NCBI GenBank assembly: GCA_965235115.1
Contig: OZ249436.1
Coordinates: forward strand, 3,846,001 to 3,910,000
Reading direction: 5' to 3'
From: Laetmonice hystrix
Taxonomy: Eukaryota
Length of the DNA stretch: 64,000 nt
In this document: positions 26,728 to 41,100 of the stretch, piece after piece
How the letters are laid out: every line of letters begins with the position of its first letter
How positions within the stretch are numbered: position 1 is the stretch's first letter
The notes under the pieces: generated by a model
Databases searched by the model: none
What the model was told of the DNA's origin: nothing
Seen by the model: only the letters and a program-made list of their open reading frames with translations
Made by a program: the position numbers and the translations under genes

Positions 26728-26994
26728 CTCTATGACGGACCGGAGGTGGGCCTGTCAGCAAACCGTCACTAAGTCACCTGGAAGTCGGGGTGCACGGCAC
26801 AGTTGTTCAAAACTTAAGTTATTTCTTAGGCTTAAGCTTAAGGAAATCGGAAACGTTAAGCTTAAGCTGATTTAAGAACTTCAGTTTGAAGAACCAGACC
26901 TTGAAACTATCATGGAGTTATTTTCCTGGGTTCTGGTAGTCTAGGATAACGGGTCAGTAATTGTAAACTTTATCGGTTGCACACAATGGGTCTA

Positions 26995-28906
26995 AGGTCA
27001 ACATGTCCCACAATATCACCAGGTCAACACGTCCCACAATATCACCAGGTCAACACGTCCCACAATATCACCAGGTCAACACGTCCCACAATATCACCAG
27101 GTCAACACGTCCCACAATATCACCAGGTCAACACGTCCCACAATATCACCAGGTCAACACGTCCCACAATATCACCAGGTCAACACGTCCCACAATATCA
27201 CCAGGTCAACACGTCCCACAATATCACCAGGTCAACACGTCCCGCAATATCACCAGGTCAACACGTCCCGCAATATCACCAGGTCAACACGTCCCGCAAT
27301 ATCACCAGGTCAACACGTCCCGCAATATCACCAGGTCAACACGTCCCACAATATCACCAGGTCAACACGTCCCACAATATCACCAGGTCAACACGTCCCA
27401 CAATATCACCAGGTCAACATGTCCCACAATATCACCAGGTCAACATGTCCCACAATATCACCAGGTCAACATGTCCCACAATATCACCAGGTCAACATGT
27501 CCCACAATATCACCAGGTCAACATGTCCCACAATATCACCAGGTCAACATGTCCCACAATATCACCAGGTCAACATGTCCCACAATAGATCTATCACCAG
27601 GTCAACATGTCCCACAATATCACCAGGTCAACATGTCCCACAATATCACCAGGTCAACATGTCCCACAATATCACCAGGTCAACATGTCCCACAATATCA
27701 CCAGGTCAACATGTCGCACAATATCACCAGGTCAACATGTCCCACAATATCACCAGGTCAACATGTCGCACAATATCACCAGGTCAACATGTCGCACAAT
27801 ATCACCAGGTCAACATGTCCCACAATATCACCAGGTCAACACGTCCCACAATGTCACCAGGTCAATATGTCCCACAATATCACCAGGTCAACATGTCCCA
27901 CACACCAGGTCAACATGTCCCACAATATCACCAGGTCAACATGTCCCACAATATCACCAGGTCAACATGTCCCACAATATCACCAGGTCAACATGTCCCA
28001 CACACCAGGTCAACATGTCCCACAATATCACCAGGTCAACATGTCCCACAATATCACCAGGTCAACATGTCCCACAATATCACCAGGTCAACACGTCCCA
28101 CAATATCACCAGGTCAACATGTCCCACAATATCACCAGGTAAACATGTCCCACAATATCACCAGGTCAACATGTCCCACAATATCATCAGGTCAACATGT
28201 CCCACAATATCACCAGGTCAACATGTCCCACAATATCACCAGGTCAACATGTCCCACAATATCACCAGGTCAACACGTCCCACAATATCACCAGGTCAAC
28301 ACGTCCCACAATATCACCAGGTCAACACGTCCCACAATATCACCAGGTCAACACGTCCCACAATATCACCAGGTCAACACGTCCCACAATATCACCAGGT
28401 CAACACGTCCCACAATATCACCAGGTCAACATGTCCCACAATATCACCAGGTCAACATGTCCCACAATATCACCAGGTCAACATGTCCCACAATATCACC
28501 AGGTCAACACGTCCCACAATATCACCAGGTCAACACGTCCCACAATATCACCAGGTCAACACGTCCCACAATATCACCAGGTCAACACGTCCCACAATAT
28601 CACCAGGTCAACATGTCCCACAATATCACCAGGTCAACACGTCCCACAATATCACCAGGTCAACATGTCCCACAATATCACCAGGTCAACATGTCCCACA
28701 ATATCACCAGGTCAACATGTCCCACAATATCACCAGGTCAACATGTCCCGCAATATCACCAGGTCAACATGTCCCGCAATATCACCCACAATATCACCAG
28801 GTCAACATGTCCCACAATATCACCAGGTCAACATGTCCCACAATATCACCAGGTCAACATGTCCCACAATATCACCAGGTCAACATGTCCCACAATATCA
28901 CAATAT
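26995..28906 (+). repeat. 26-bp minisatellite, ~73 copies
   Basis: Unit CCAGGTCAACA(T/C)GTCCCACAATATCA. Confidence 0.97.
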
Positions 28907-29745
28907 CCTCATTAATAACTCTTGCCGGGATCATGTTTGTATTCGTATTCAGTCTCGGGTATATCCATGACAGAACTGAAAGAAGTACTTTAAACCACTA
29001 GTTTCTCGAGGTCATTGAACGTTTTAATTTTTTTGCTGCCATTATACTCCATGTATGCATGACAAACTCATGAATAAACGGGTGAATTGAATTAACCGTT
29101 TTGTTATCTCTATATACAAATTCTCATTATCCCTTCCCTCTGCAAGGAGGATGGGATCTTGAAATTGTCGAGTTTAAATTGTCGAATTATTATGTAGTAG
29201 TAGGCAGATTCTGTAAGCATATCGTACAATAGCTCATTTTTCAAGATATCTCAAACTTGGCACACATCTTGAAAATGACAAAGTCTCGTCAGCCAGTGAA
29301 TGACGTCATGTGACGTCACGTCATGACGTGTTTTTTGTTTAACACGTTAAGGTAATTTTTTAAGCTCATTTTTGGAATTTCCAAAAAAACATTATGCCAT
29401 TATAATCGGGGAAGGTTATTGCCTAAATCTGACTCTTGATTTCACCCTTGACCTTTGACCTCGGAGAGAACTGGGTCCTTGGTTACAATTCGGTTAAATC
29501 GCTACTTGTTCACCGTTTCCTGTTAAAATTTGACAATATCTGGCAGAAACACTCTCTAACAAAAGATTTACAACTTGCATCCAAGGATAAGCGATTTGAC
29601 TTATTTTCGCTGAATCACGTGACCTTGAAATTTTGAACATTGGTCAGTTTAGATATTTATGGCTGTAACTCATAAATGGTGACAGATAGGTCGATAGTTA
29701 GTATTGAACACGAACAGGAAGTCGTATACACCATGTATACTCATT

Positions 29746-30115
29746 CAATGAGGGACTTTGTTACCGTCTTTTCCGCGTGGCGGCAGCACTATCAACCCGG
29801 TCCCCTTGGGCCACATTATTATGACCTTAGATAGGTCGACGAAATGCTAATCTATCGCTAGGTGCCGTAGTGCTATTTGCTATGAAATATTATGGTACCT
29901 TTAGAAGTTCTACAACATGGTGAAGCCTATCAAGTTATTATTTTTCAAAACAAATAGTCTAAACACATCCTGCCACAGATTAGCATTTCGTCGTCCTATC
30001 TAACGTCATACTAATGTGTAGCCAAGAGGACCGGGCGACAGTGCTGCCGCCACGCGGATATGACTGGAAATGTGCCGTTGCGCATGCGTCTCAAGGAGTG
30101 TGAAGTCCCTCATTG
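29746..30115. mobile_element. MITE-like element with long imperfect inverted arms
   Basis: CAATGAGGGACTT ... AAGTCCCTCATTG termini and internal arms CCGCGTGGCGGCAGCACT...GACGAAATGCTAATCT / AGATTAGCATTTCGTC...AGTGCTGCCGCCACGCGG. Confidence 0.75.
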
Positions 30116-30799
30116 ACATTATTTTTTACGTCACGTGATCTATGACGTCATAATGATGTCATCCCTATTTTATCAGTGCTATAACTTTAAAATGGTTACT
30201 GTGCTATGTTATACGATGTTAGACTGTCTATACGATACAGGTCGGCAGATCCATCATGGCCGTAGAGTCTGGTAGGCACTATGGAACGCAACAATCCGTC
30301 CCTTTCTTTGCCTTCTTCCACCCCTACCTCCCTCTCTCAATTTCTCTTGTTACATGATTCTACTAGTTCGTTATTATATAGATCTGTGTGTATCCTTTGT
30401 GCAAATGGCCTCCCATCACTCCATCGACAGCTAGCTGTGTGTCAGCTATGTGCCGCTATAGGTGGCAACTCCACGATAGAGGGCGCCTTGAGAGGTCGTG
30501 TATGTTGATCTCATATCTTTCCATATCCGTTTATTCGTCTAGAAAAATTTAATTCCAAATCTGAAGTACTGAAGATTTGCTCTCTCCAACCAATAGCTTT
30601 TGTCTTTTGAGGCGGTGGCTTATGGAGAGGGGGGCGGGGCGGGGCGTATGCACCCTTTACACCCCCTCCTGCGTATTGGCCTGTTAGGATAGGGATAGGA
30701 CGGTGAAGAAATATTTAAATATTACAACACAGATAGGCCTATCAAGGAATGCAGGTCCATCGGACTTGAACTTCAGGGGGACTTGGAAATCTGTTAGAC

Positions 30800-31291
30800 C
30801 TGGGCCCGGTTTTTTTTGTTTACTTATTTCCACCGTGAGCAAGGGTGACCTCAGCTGAGCAAGGGTGAGCATGAACTCATTCTCACTGTTTTCGCGGGGT
30901 TTTTTTTGGGGGGGGGGGGGGTTGCTTTTTTCCATGAGGCGTGCTCATGGTGAGCAAGCTTGCGAAAAAAAAACACACAAAAAAAACGAAAACGGTGAGC
31001 AAAACGGTGAGCATGAGCTTTTGGGCCGGGTTTTTTTTTGTTTACTTTTCCACCGGGAGCAAGGGTAAGCTGAGCTGAGCAAGGGTGAGCAGAAGCTCAT
31101 GCTCACCGTTTTGCTCACTGTTTTCGTTTTTTGGGGTGTTTTTCCGCGAGCTTGCTCACCATAAGCACGCCTCATGGAAAAAAGCAACCAAAAAAAGCAC
31201 GAAAACGGTGAGAATGAGCTCAAGCTCACCCTTGCTCAGCTCAGCTCACCCTTGCTCACGGTGGAAAAGTAAACAAAAAAGCCCGGCCCAG
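30800..31291. mobile_element. Palindromic MITE with internal duplication, GGGCCCGG-type termini
   Basis: CTGGGCCCGGTTTTTTTTGTTTAC ... GTAAACAAAAAAGCCCGGCCCAG; the left end recurs at ~31022. Confidence 0.75.
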
Positions 31292-31698
31292 GAACCGGGA
31301 GCCATTGAGGCCGGGGTATAATTGGTTGCCGAGTACCATGTTGCACATTTTCTTCAATCAGGGAAACAAATTAATTTTATACTCAGTCTGGGGGAACCCC
31401 CGTAATCTTAGAAGTGACCACAGCTGGTTACGTTCCGAACTTCCTGGGGATAAGTCAATAATCTGTTCCAGAACGCAGGTGTCTCATCCAAGTATACGCC
31501 CCGGGTCTTGACTCTGCCGTCCTCAATTACGCAACACTATACCGCCAATTCGAGATAGTATTTCCATAAATAAGGCGTAGGTCTGTAACCATCTGTAGAC
31601 CTACGTATGTCCTTGAGCGCTAGTTCGTGTAAAATAGCAATCCGCACAATGAGAGTGACTTTAAATATTTGACATTGACAGACACCGACAACCATGTA

Positions 31699-32471
31699 GG
31701 GGAAAGCGGGGCATGGCGGGACTCGGGGCATGAAGGGACATGGCTCTAGTTCCTACACTTTCCATCAGATGGGGCTGGGATTCCCTATAGTTGTCACAGC
31801 CTTGATGGAAGACATATTGGTGTTGACGGATCCGAACGTCAGACCCACATTTATCTGTAATCATCTACAGACTGAAATTCTTGGCACCCAAACTTCCGCC
31901 AGGTAAATACTTAACACCCCCTGAGTCTCTAGAACTAAGAATGACTGACTATTCTCACACCAACAGTTAGTGTCGGCATTATAGAGTAAACATTCATTAC
32001 GTAGCTCGTGATGCATCATCTACTCTGGCGGGAAGAGGACATCTTTGTGACGTTAAGGGTGGGGCATAATGGGACAGTGGCTTATGGGCCACAATGGGTA
32101 ACTGTCCCATCATACCCCATGAGTAGTTAGCGCATGGGCATCCACGGAGGGCGGGGGGCAGGGCAATGGGGGCAGTCCCCCTGCATATAACGTCTGTGAT
32201 TTGTGTCTGTAAACTGACTGTACCGGTCAGCCCCGACCCTGTGTTAACAGCGTCCCGTAATACCCCGTACTCAAGGGGCACGATGGGACAGTGTTTAATA
32301 TTTTAAAAGTTGTGTTTTTTATTTCCTAGAAGTTAAAACTGTTTCTAATCAGAACTGGTAATAAAGGTTGGTAGTAGGTATACTGCTGTACTATTTTTAT
32401 GTTCCAGGTGGGTAATGATTTTTCAAAAAACACATTTGAAAAAGTGTGGCCCGTTATGCCCCGCTTTCCCC
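31699..32471. mobile_element. Non-autonomous DNA transposon (Tc1/mariner-pogo-like, TA TSD), 773 bp
   Basis: TIR GGGGAAAGCGGGGCAT / ATGCCCCGCTTTCCCC, flanked by TA (31697-8, 32472-3) inside a repeat unit whose uninterrupted neighbours read CATG-TA-CGTCCC. Confidence 0.85.
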
Positions 32472-32838
32472 TACGTCCCTGACATTGACAGACACCGACA
32501 GCCATGTACGTTCCTGACATTGACAGACACCGACAGCCATGTACGTCCCTGACATTGACAGACACCGACAGGCATGTACGTCCCTGACATTGACAGACAC
32601 TGACAGGCATGTACGTCCCTGACATTGACAGACACCGACAGGCATGTACGTCCCTGACATTGACAGACACCGACAGGCATGTACGTCCCTGACATTGACA
32701 GACACCGACAGGCATGTACGTCCCTGACATTGACAACCACCGACAGCCATGTACGTCCCTGACATTGACAGAAACTGACAGGCATGTACGTCCCTGGCAT
32801 TGACAGAAACTGACAGGCATGTAGGCCTACGTCCCTGA
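32472..32838 (+). repeat. 35-bp minisatellite, ~10 copies (first unit split off at 31670-31698 by transposon)
   Basis: Unit TACGTCCCTGACATTGACAGACACCGACAGGCATG. Confidence 0.92.
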
Positions 32839-35160
32839 AGGCATAATATAAGGTAACATTCTTTACGGCAATGTTAAGAAATACCGGCATTGCTCAGGTG
32901 AAGTTCTATGAAGGCTTTCTTTTTTAGACCAACGGAACACGCGATGCTGTATTACTCATTTTATAAGCGAAACAGTTCAGATTGAAGGATGATGTTTTTA
33001 TTGCCGACAAAGGTCGGGCATTTTATTCGACGTCTACAGCATCATCCGTCACGTGGTATGGCGTACGACTCGAAATAAACATGGTTCAAACAGGCGTTCA
33101 AACTGAAAGAACGACGCAGGTCGTAACAAACGTCGACAACATAGCAGTGGATATATGCCTGACGGCGTCATTATTGACGTGACAGTTTGTACCACACGTC
33201 GGTAGCGCCGTCCGACCTCACGTCAAACCCCACGTTATAAGTTTTAACGTGGGGTTCGACGGTGACGGTGTCGGTGACGGTGACGGTGACGGTGACGTGG
33301 GAATGGATACCCGGCTTTATATCTGTTCAAATCTTTTCTAACTTGCTTAAAATTTCACGGCCTGTGTGCTTGGCCTGTACAAACTGGTGCCAGCCTTTTC
33401 TTTTAACTAAGTCTACATGTCATGCTGATTGCTGTAAGTTTCAACATTAAAAAAGATAGATAATAAAACGTGAAGCATGCAAACTTTTATTCATGCTTTC
33501 CGAAACACGCTTTTGAAATCAAACAATAACATGCAGTTCCTCAGCTGGTTTAATAGAAAAGAAGTCAGTTCAGCGGCCAGTCGTGCGTTCCATTTCATAT
33601 CGTCGGCGTCGCCTTGCGCACAATCCTTTTACTAAACGTCAATGGACAGAGCATCACTTTTTCTGACAATAAAGTATGCAGAATGCCTGTTTTTTTGTGT
33701 GGGAGTTCAGGTATGAGTATTAACCGTGTATTCCACCAAATTTCCAGCGGCCTCCTTATCTCTGAGATTCAAGTTAATCTCCTAAAAGAAGTATTTTACA
33801 TATTTTCGGAATTAATACCATGTTCCTCTGAAATGATATATCATACTATCGGACAATGCAACATTTCTATCAAAATTTGAATCAGTCGATTTGCATGACA
33901 GAATGGCACGCCCACGGTTAATAAGGACTTGTGCTCACTGGACCTCTTCCTCTGGATAGTTGTTTCCTGCTCTTTCCCGCTGGACCTTTGCCCCCCGAAA
34001 CTTTGACCCATGAGGCCGTTGGCTGCTTAGACCGTTGCCCCAACATGTTTGGTCCCTGAAGTTTCTGACCTTATTATTCATAAACAGAATTTCCTGCAGT
34101 TCACCAATTTCCACTGAGCTTGCGGCCGTGCGATTTTCCTTGCGATGCGGCAGTCGCCCAGCCTAAAAGGCTCTCTGACTGCCGCATCGCAAGGGAAATC
34201 GCACGGTCGCAAGCTCAGTGGACAAGGCGGCTCTTTTACATTCACCACTACAAGGACAAGAGTGACACGTCGGGCCTTTGATGATCTAGTTGGAGAATTG
34301 AGAGGAGGAGGCTGCACCGGCAGCGGGAAGCCAACCCTTTACCCCACTCGGCCACCCACCCCTTCTAGTTGACCGTGCTTGTAGCCATGTACGGTGGTCC
34401 ATAAGGGGCATGCATGTGTTATTTGTTATTTCTAAGGAAATACTTTCATCAACACTTGGGCTCTTTTAACCGAAGTGGAAATATTCCTTCCGTTTTTCTG
34501 TCTTTCCAATTGTTATCACTAGCTCGTTCTCCTCTATCCGCCATAAAAGAAAGCGAAATCGTTGATATTTAGAAGTGAAAACCCGAAAAACCTATAGTGA
34601 TTTCTTTGGAAACACACACATGTATGTCCCTTAAGGGCCATAGCCATGAGACATTGTTTGAAACAAAACTCGCTTGCATGTCACACACTGTGAACAAAGG
34701 GTTCCCCTTCTTTTCCATGGTTCTAGCCTGTACGTATTTAACATAATTAGATACTGGATTGAATTAAGATTGCTAAATAGTGGGTACAGTATTTTTTTTA
34801 AAAACAGGACTCTAGCAACAGGTATAATAGGCGTGAATCCAACCCCGAGGACTTTGCTCGAGGACAAACCTTAAACATCACAAGACGGCAGCTTAGAGCA
34901 GAGGAAGTTGAAATCCGAAATCTTGGGAGTACCTTTTCGCATCCTAATGGCTGCCTTTAGTAATCAGTCTACGCCAATACTTGAAGAATTGGATAAATTC
35001 ACTGCGTTTTATTTCCTTGCGCGAAATGGCTCATCAAATTTCTAATCACCAGAAGCCTTTGAAATTGTGCATCTCGCCGTGCGCGTCTTCCAAGGATTTC
35101 TGGCGATAGGGGCCTCTTAATTTTTCTGTCTGGATCAAAATTTGTATGACTGAACAAGTT

Positions 35161-35353
35161 CTTATACCGTTGACACACCGACGCTATAATGCGCTTTAAA
35201 TCACTTTAAATCGTATTGATACGGCTCGTGACACACCCAACACGGTTCCCAATGCGCATTGAATCGCATTGAACCCAAATCACATCCATATGTGGATTCA
35301 ATGCGCATCGAAGCGCATTAAAAAAACCGTTTTTGGTGTGTCAACGGTATAAG
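35161..35353. mobile_element. MITE inserted in GPCR pseudogene
   Basis: Perfect 19-bp inverted termini CTTATACCGTTGACACACC / GGTGTGTCAACGGTATAAG. Confidence 0.8.
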
Positions 35354-35749
35354 TCTGGCGACCTCTGGACTGAATGTATCGCCTACAAACTTCATGTATC
35401 GCCTACAAACTTCATGTATCGCCTACAAACTGCATGTATCGCCTACAAACTGCATGTATCGCTTACAAACAAGCACAGGCAATTCAAAGTGGACATGTGA
35501 GTGGGTTGTTTTAGTTTTTATTTTCTGATTCAGAAAAGAAATACGTAGGGTTGAAATTAGAACCCTCTATGCACCCGTAACCTGTATTTACGTAAGCCAT
35601 GAGGGTGTTGTCGTTTGTCGCATAACAAAACCATCGAGTGCAAGAACGATCTGAAACGTAAAATGCAAGAGCTCAATGAAAAGTAAGCTGTCTTTTTCGA
35701 CTTGTGCTAGGACATTTGAGAATATCTGCTGTACAATTTTTTTCCTTTG

Positions 35750-35893
35750 CCGGAGTGTCGGCTGCTCAAAGCCTTTACCTTTGCTGGAGTGTCGGCTGCT
35801 CAAAGCCTTTACCTTTGCTGGAGTGTCGGCTGCTCAAAGCTTTTACCTTTGCTGGAGTGTCGACTGTTCAAAGCCTTTACCTTTGCTGGAGTG
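35750..35893 (+). repeat. 35-bp tandem repeat, ~4 copies
   Basis: GCTGGAGTGTCGGCTGCTCAAAGCCTTTACCTTT repeated. Confidence 0.85.
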
Positions 35894-38107
35894 TGGTGAT
35901 GTTACTGCTTTATTGAGACTTTAATCCGGTACTGGACTATTAGGTTTACCGGTATATAAATAGTTTTTTTTAAGTTTATTGTTATGGTCAGCATTATAAG
36001 GATCTTCCTGCAATTAAGACGCTTCACTGTCTTCAGACGACAGTCGATCAGCAACCCTGCCGGGAACGTAAGATCACCAAAATGATGGCAATCGTTCTCG
36101 GGGCACACTCCGTTTGCTACGCGCCCCAAATGTTGGTAAGTTTTTCGTTTAAACGTCCGTTTCCAGTCCACATTTATGTAATAGAAAGAGTAAGTTAGTT
36201 TCACGTATAAACCTTACACGTTAATTTACCATGCACTTAGTTACGAAAACCATTGTCTTTAACACCTTGAACAAGACCAGTAGGCTATAATGGTATATTG
36301 GTGCTCTTCGCAACCAATAATACGTTCTCTCTTCCCGTCAAATAAGCTGGGTTCTATCCCTCATTATAAAAGATCAAATGAAAGGAATTACACTGCGTTC
36401 CCGCTCTTGTCAACCTGGTTGTGGTAGGTCTTGGATCAACCCTTTCATCTATGCCTGGAAGAGCGCTGACTTCAGGAAGGCCATGAAGGAACTTCTTGGC
36501 ATGAAGAGATGTCGACTACTGTTACGAGATCGGAGGCGGGAATCCGTCACGACCACGACTTGCACCCAGTGAAACGTCAGCTCGACCTACGCGGTTCAGG
36601 GCCCGGTTCACAAACAAAGTCAGGTCAATTTTAATTGACTTGAAGTCCATTTTACTTGAATCTGATTGGTTAAAATGGATTTCAAGTTAATTAAAATTGA
36701 CTTGACTTTCTTTGTGAACTGGGCCTTGGAGAAGCTGGGGGGGGGGGGGGGCTTTGGGGGCTTAATCCCCCCCCCAGCTGACTCCAGGCTTATCATTTTG
36801 CAGTGTGTCTACCACGCACCTAAGAGGTTATTATACATACAACAAGCCCCCCCCCCCCATTGCAAAATCCTGGATCCGCCCCTGGTTGTCTATACTAAGA
36901 CACGTGACGGGCGAAGATATGGTACATTTTAAACAAACAGGCACTTGCACTGGGTTCCGCACGTTGGTGTCCACAGGAGGGCCAAGAGGCCGCCTGTGTC
37001 ACGGGAAATCATATTCGCCCAATTTGTCACTAGCTTACTATGTATGTTGAGCCGCAGAACAGGCAACCCGATAACGGAATATGCTAAGTGAGATGTCAAG
37101 TTTACACCAGTGGACTTAGCGAATAATGTATTTTGTATTCTGATAGACCCTGATTGGCAGAGAATTGTCTTGGCTAATACAAGATGATTCAGAGATAAAC
37201 TGTAACATTTTGTTGTATTAATTTAAATTGAAGGTAAATATATACAGAGGTCAGAAATGTTCAACTAAAATTCTATCACCAGAGTTCTACAATGGTATTC
37301 ACAATTGAGTAGACAACGAAAGTGTTTTACCTGACCACAAGCTATCATCAGAACAGCAGCTCTAACGCACTCCTTCCAGTTTCAAACACGTATCCACTTG
37401 TAGTGCTCTATTATAATGTCTAAAAGAAATCGCGAATAATGAAATTTTACCAAAATCTTTATAAGACTAGTTTTGTGTGGAGGGAGGAAATAATTTATTT
37501 ATATTAATCTTTGTTTACCCCCCCCCCCCTTAAGAGAAAGAAAACATTACCCAGGATCGCTCTCCTAGGGGTAACCAAGCCTTTCCCGCGTTGGAATTTC
37601 GAATTTGTAGATCATCAAGCAATACCATGCAGAAGTCTACTCATTTCATCGCTGTGTGCTGAGTGTTCTGCAGAAGACTGATAAATAAGGTGGACTATGA
37701 CTACAATAAGGAAATACATTTCCAAATAGGGGCGTACATGATAGCTATCGTGTACATACATTAATGGTAAGTGGTCTTTTAAAAGAGAGGGATGGCCTCA
37801 ATACGTTTCCGTAGTTTTCAGCGTGATCGCGTGTCGTTTCTGCTAACCAATAGAAATGCAAACGGAAAAGGTCGACCATGAAGCATGAGCGGACCGTTCT
37901 ATTCAGTCACTGGAATAAATTAAATCGAGCAACAGCAGGGGGCATGCATGAATATAAGGATGCCCGTAATATTATAATGGTGTTTGGCAGATCTGCCAAG
38001 CATCGTTCTGGAGTCCTGCAATATCGGAAGCCAGAAGCTAAGACAGAGGCAATCGGGATCAAAAGACTAGCAAAAATCTTGGAGTGAAAGCCAGGACATT
38101 TCCAATC

Positions 38108-41100
38108 ATGGCTGCCTTTTATAATCAGACCACACCATTATATGAAGACTTGGACAACTCCACTGATTTTGATTTCCTTGCGGGGAACGTCACACTTAAA
38201 TTCAGATTATCAGGACCATTTGAAATTGTCCATCTCATCGTGCGCGTCCTCCAGGGATTCCTGGCGATAGGAGGGAACGGCCTCACGATTGCCGCTATAT
38301 TGAAATTTGAATACCTTCGAACAGCAACAAATTACCTTCTTTGTAATCTTGCAGTTACGGACCTTCTTGCAGGAATTTCCCCTTTGCTCCTGGTTATTCA
38401 TGAAGTTGTGCCTCTTAATTTCTCAACTTGGATCAAAATTTGTATTTCCAAAGAAGTTCTTAGTCTCGGGACCTCTTGCATGAACGTCCTTTCAATAGTG
38501 CTTATCTCTATTGACCGTCTGATCTTCATCCAGTTTCCGCTTCGGTATAACAGTATCACCAAGGGTTCGTACGCCATTGGTGTAGTGGTTTTCACATGGG
38601 TAGCACTTGTTGCGCAAATAGCCGCCGTAGCTTCACTGGGTCCAGACCTACATCCTGGGATAAGCTGCCGTTCACAAGACATCTTTAGGAGCCTCTTGTA
38701 TACCATCCTGATCACCGGCGGATTTCTGGTGTACAGTATCATCATATTTATTATCTACCTGAGGATTGCATGCATTGCCTACAGACAGGCACGTGCAATT
38801 GAAAGTGGACATGTAAGTAGTTTCCTTTAATTTTGATTTCTAGGATTCAGAAATGAAATCCAATCTTGTATATCAAAAACATCTATGTATCTATACTGTT
38901 TAATAATGAAGGTAATTACGGGTGAGCTAGGCCTGCCCCTCACGTTATGTACGGGTGAGCTGGGCCTGCCCCTCACGTTATTTACGAGTGAGCTGGGCCT
39001 GCCCCTCGCGTTATTTACGGGTGAGCTAGGCCTGCCCCTCGCGTTATTTACGGGGTGAGCTTTATTTTAAGCACATTCCTCATATAATATTGAGGTATAC
39101 CATATCCCCGAGAACTCTAGATGGTTCCAGTCATTGTCTGAATCTTCTTTTTGTTCGATTCCTTCATTCCGGTAGTTGAGCGGTTAGAAGTGCAAGCTAA
39201 ATGTGTGAAGTATAATCCCGTAGCATTTGTGTGCTGAAATTTACTCTTTTTTTTTCTTTATCGGGTTGATTTGGGATGCCATTATTGGAAAATGATGGGG
39301 TTCAAACTTTCCCGTCCTATGGGTATGTCCGTCCCAGGACCGTTCAGGATATCCCTGTGCCTATCTTCGTCTTTTAGAGGGGTTCTTTGACGTCATTTAT
39401 GACACTTTCAAAGCGACCGGACTTCCGGTTATGATTGAAGTCGATGTCAAGGTTATTATCAAACCCAATAAACTTACTCAAGGGGCGAGAGCAGTTCGGC
39501 CCCGAATTTGATTGTAATGCCCTAAATATCAGTGACAAACTATGAAAATTGTAGAAAATTGTAGTCAAGTAAAGAGTGTTCCAGACACAGCGGAACCAAC
39601 TCTGCCGAGAACGCCTGGTCCGGCCTTGCAATTTTTGACACGAATTTTTAAAAATGGCCCTATTTGTAGACGATTTGGCCTATTTATCTGAAATTTGTAC
39701 CAACGACCCCAAATAACCAGATGATATCATGTTCTAAATATGACATTGGGGTAAAAATTATAGAAGATACAGTCAAGAGAAGAGTGTTCCAAAATGTTTT
39801 GGCCCACCCGATATTTACTTGAGAGAGTAAAAAGGCAAGCAGCAACCGAAAGAGTGAATCGTTTTTTACATTGCAGTATGCAGTAAAACATGTTTTTTAC
39901 ATCTATCGTATTTATTTTTTTTACATTTAACGGAGGGTAGTGTTTACATATGGGGTAGATTTGTTACATATGACGACGTTTATACGTTTAGCGGAATTTT
40001 TACATTTGAATGTACTACCTATGCCTCGTGGATAGTGCAAAGGAGTAATGTTGAAGCAACGTCGATGCCATGTCAAATGCGGCAAATGATGAGCTCTAAT
40101 GCTAAGAGAGCACCGCTGGGTCTTGGGGGTCTTGGAACGGGCAGGACCCCCACCCCCCCACCCCCCCCAAAAAAAAGAAGAAGAAGAAGAAGAAAAATCA
40201 ATCTTAGGACACAAATCCTACGGGAGTTATTTTCAGGACACTTCATACCCCACTATAACGCCGTCTATACATTGTTGAAGGTTAAAGAATGCGTCCTTCT
40301 TCCAAAGGACTGCTTCTGGTTCTGAAGGACTATTTGAAAGGCTATAAAACCTCCAGGATAAAAAAAATACGTTTCCTTTCAGATGACAGTCGATCAGCAA
40401 CCCTACCGCCGCGGACGGAAGATCACCAAGATGATGGCCATCATTCTCGGGGCATACTTTGCTTGCTACGCGCCCCAAATATTGATAATTATGTTTTTTA
40501 AACGTCCGCATCCATTCCCCATCTATGTAGCAGAAAGGGTAAGATACACTCTAAAACAGTGTTTGTAACAGAAAGGGTAAGATACACTCTAAAACAGTCT
40601 TTAGCAATTAAACACGTATAACACACGTCAGGCTCTAAACATGTGTTACTTTGTGATTAAACCCTCCTCACAATCTTCCCAAAACGTGTTTAACTTTATA
40701 CGTGTTTAGCATTAAAACATGAGGCTTGATCAGAACAAATATGCTAAACACATGCTAAACACATCGGTTCACAAGGTAACCTAAACATATTTAGCATGAG
40801 TCATGTTGAAAAATCGGGGACAAGGAACGTGTTTAGCTTTATGTTTAGGATCTAAACACGTTTTTTACAGTGTAGTCTTACGTAGAAACCTTACACGTTA
40901 ATTTACCACATTACATTTTTACTTATACTGGGTTATGACTCAACCGATTGTACACACATTTTGATGATTTAAATTAATAAAGAATCTCACTATCTCTTCA
41001 GTGTCCCCTGATGCAAAGAGTCCACTGACTCTATATGCATCAACTGGATTCAACTTTTATCTAAGTAAACCCTTATATATCACATTAAATGCTGATTTTT

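Larger units (their letters stand above)
34947..36572 (+). pseudogene. Decayed tandem paralogue of the downstream class A GPCR
   Basis: MAAFSNQSTPILEELDKFTAFYFLARNGSSNF*SPEAFEIVHLAVRVFQGFLAIG matches the start of the gene at 38108, with an in-frame TAA at 35043, large deletions and a MITE insertion. Exon-1 end remnant to 35496, exon-2 remnant 36037-36189, exon-3 remnant ~36410-36572 (SWINPFIYAWKSADFRKAMKELLGMK) lacking a clean acceptor. Confidence 0.88.

Noticed and set aside
15537..28970. Long repetitive ORFs at 15537-16787, 17038-18507 and 26977-29001 (also 666-1508, 54403-57774)
   Set aside because: Translations of minisatellites, often open in several frames, with no domain signature; they lie in introns or downstream of identified genes.
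34230..34365. tRNA or SINE head on minus strand (GGTGGCCGAGTGGGGTAA, A-box-like)
   Set aside because: No B box or cloverleaf recognisable.
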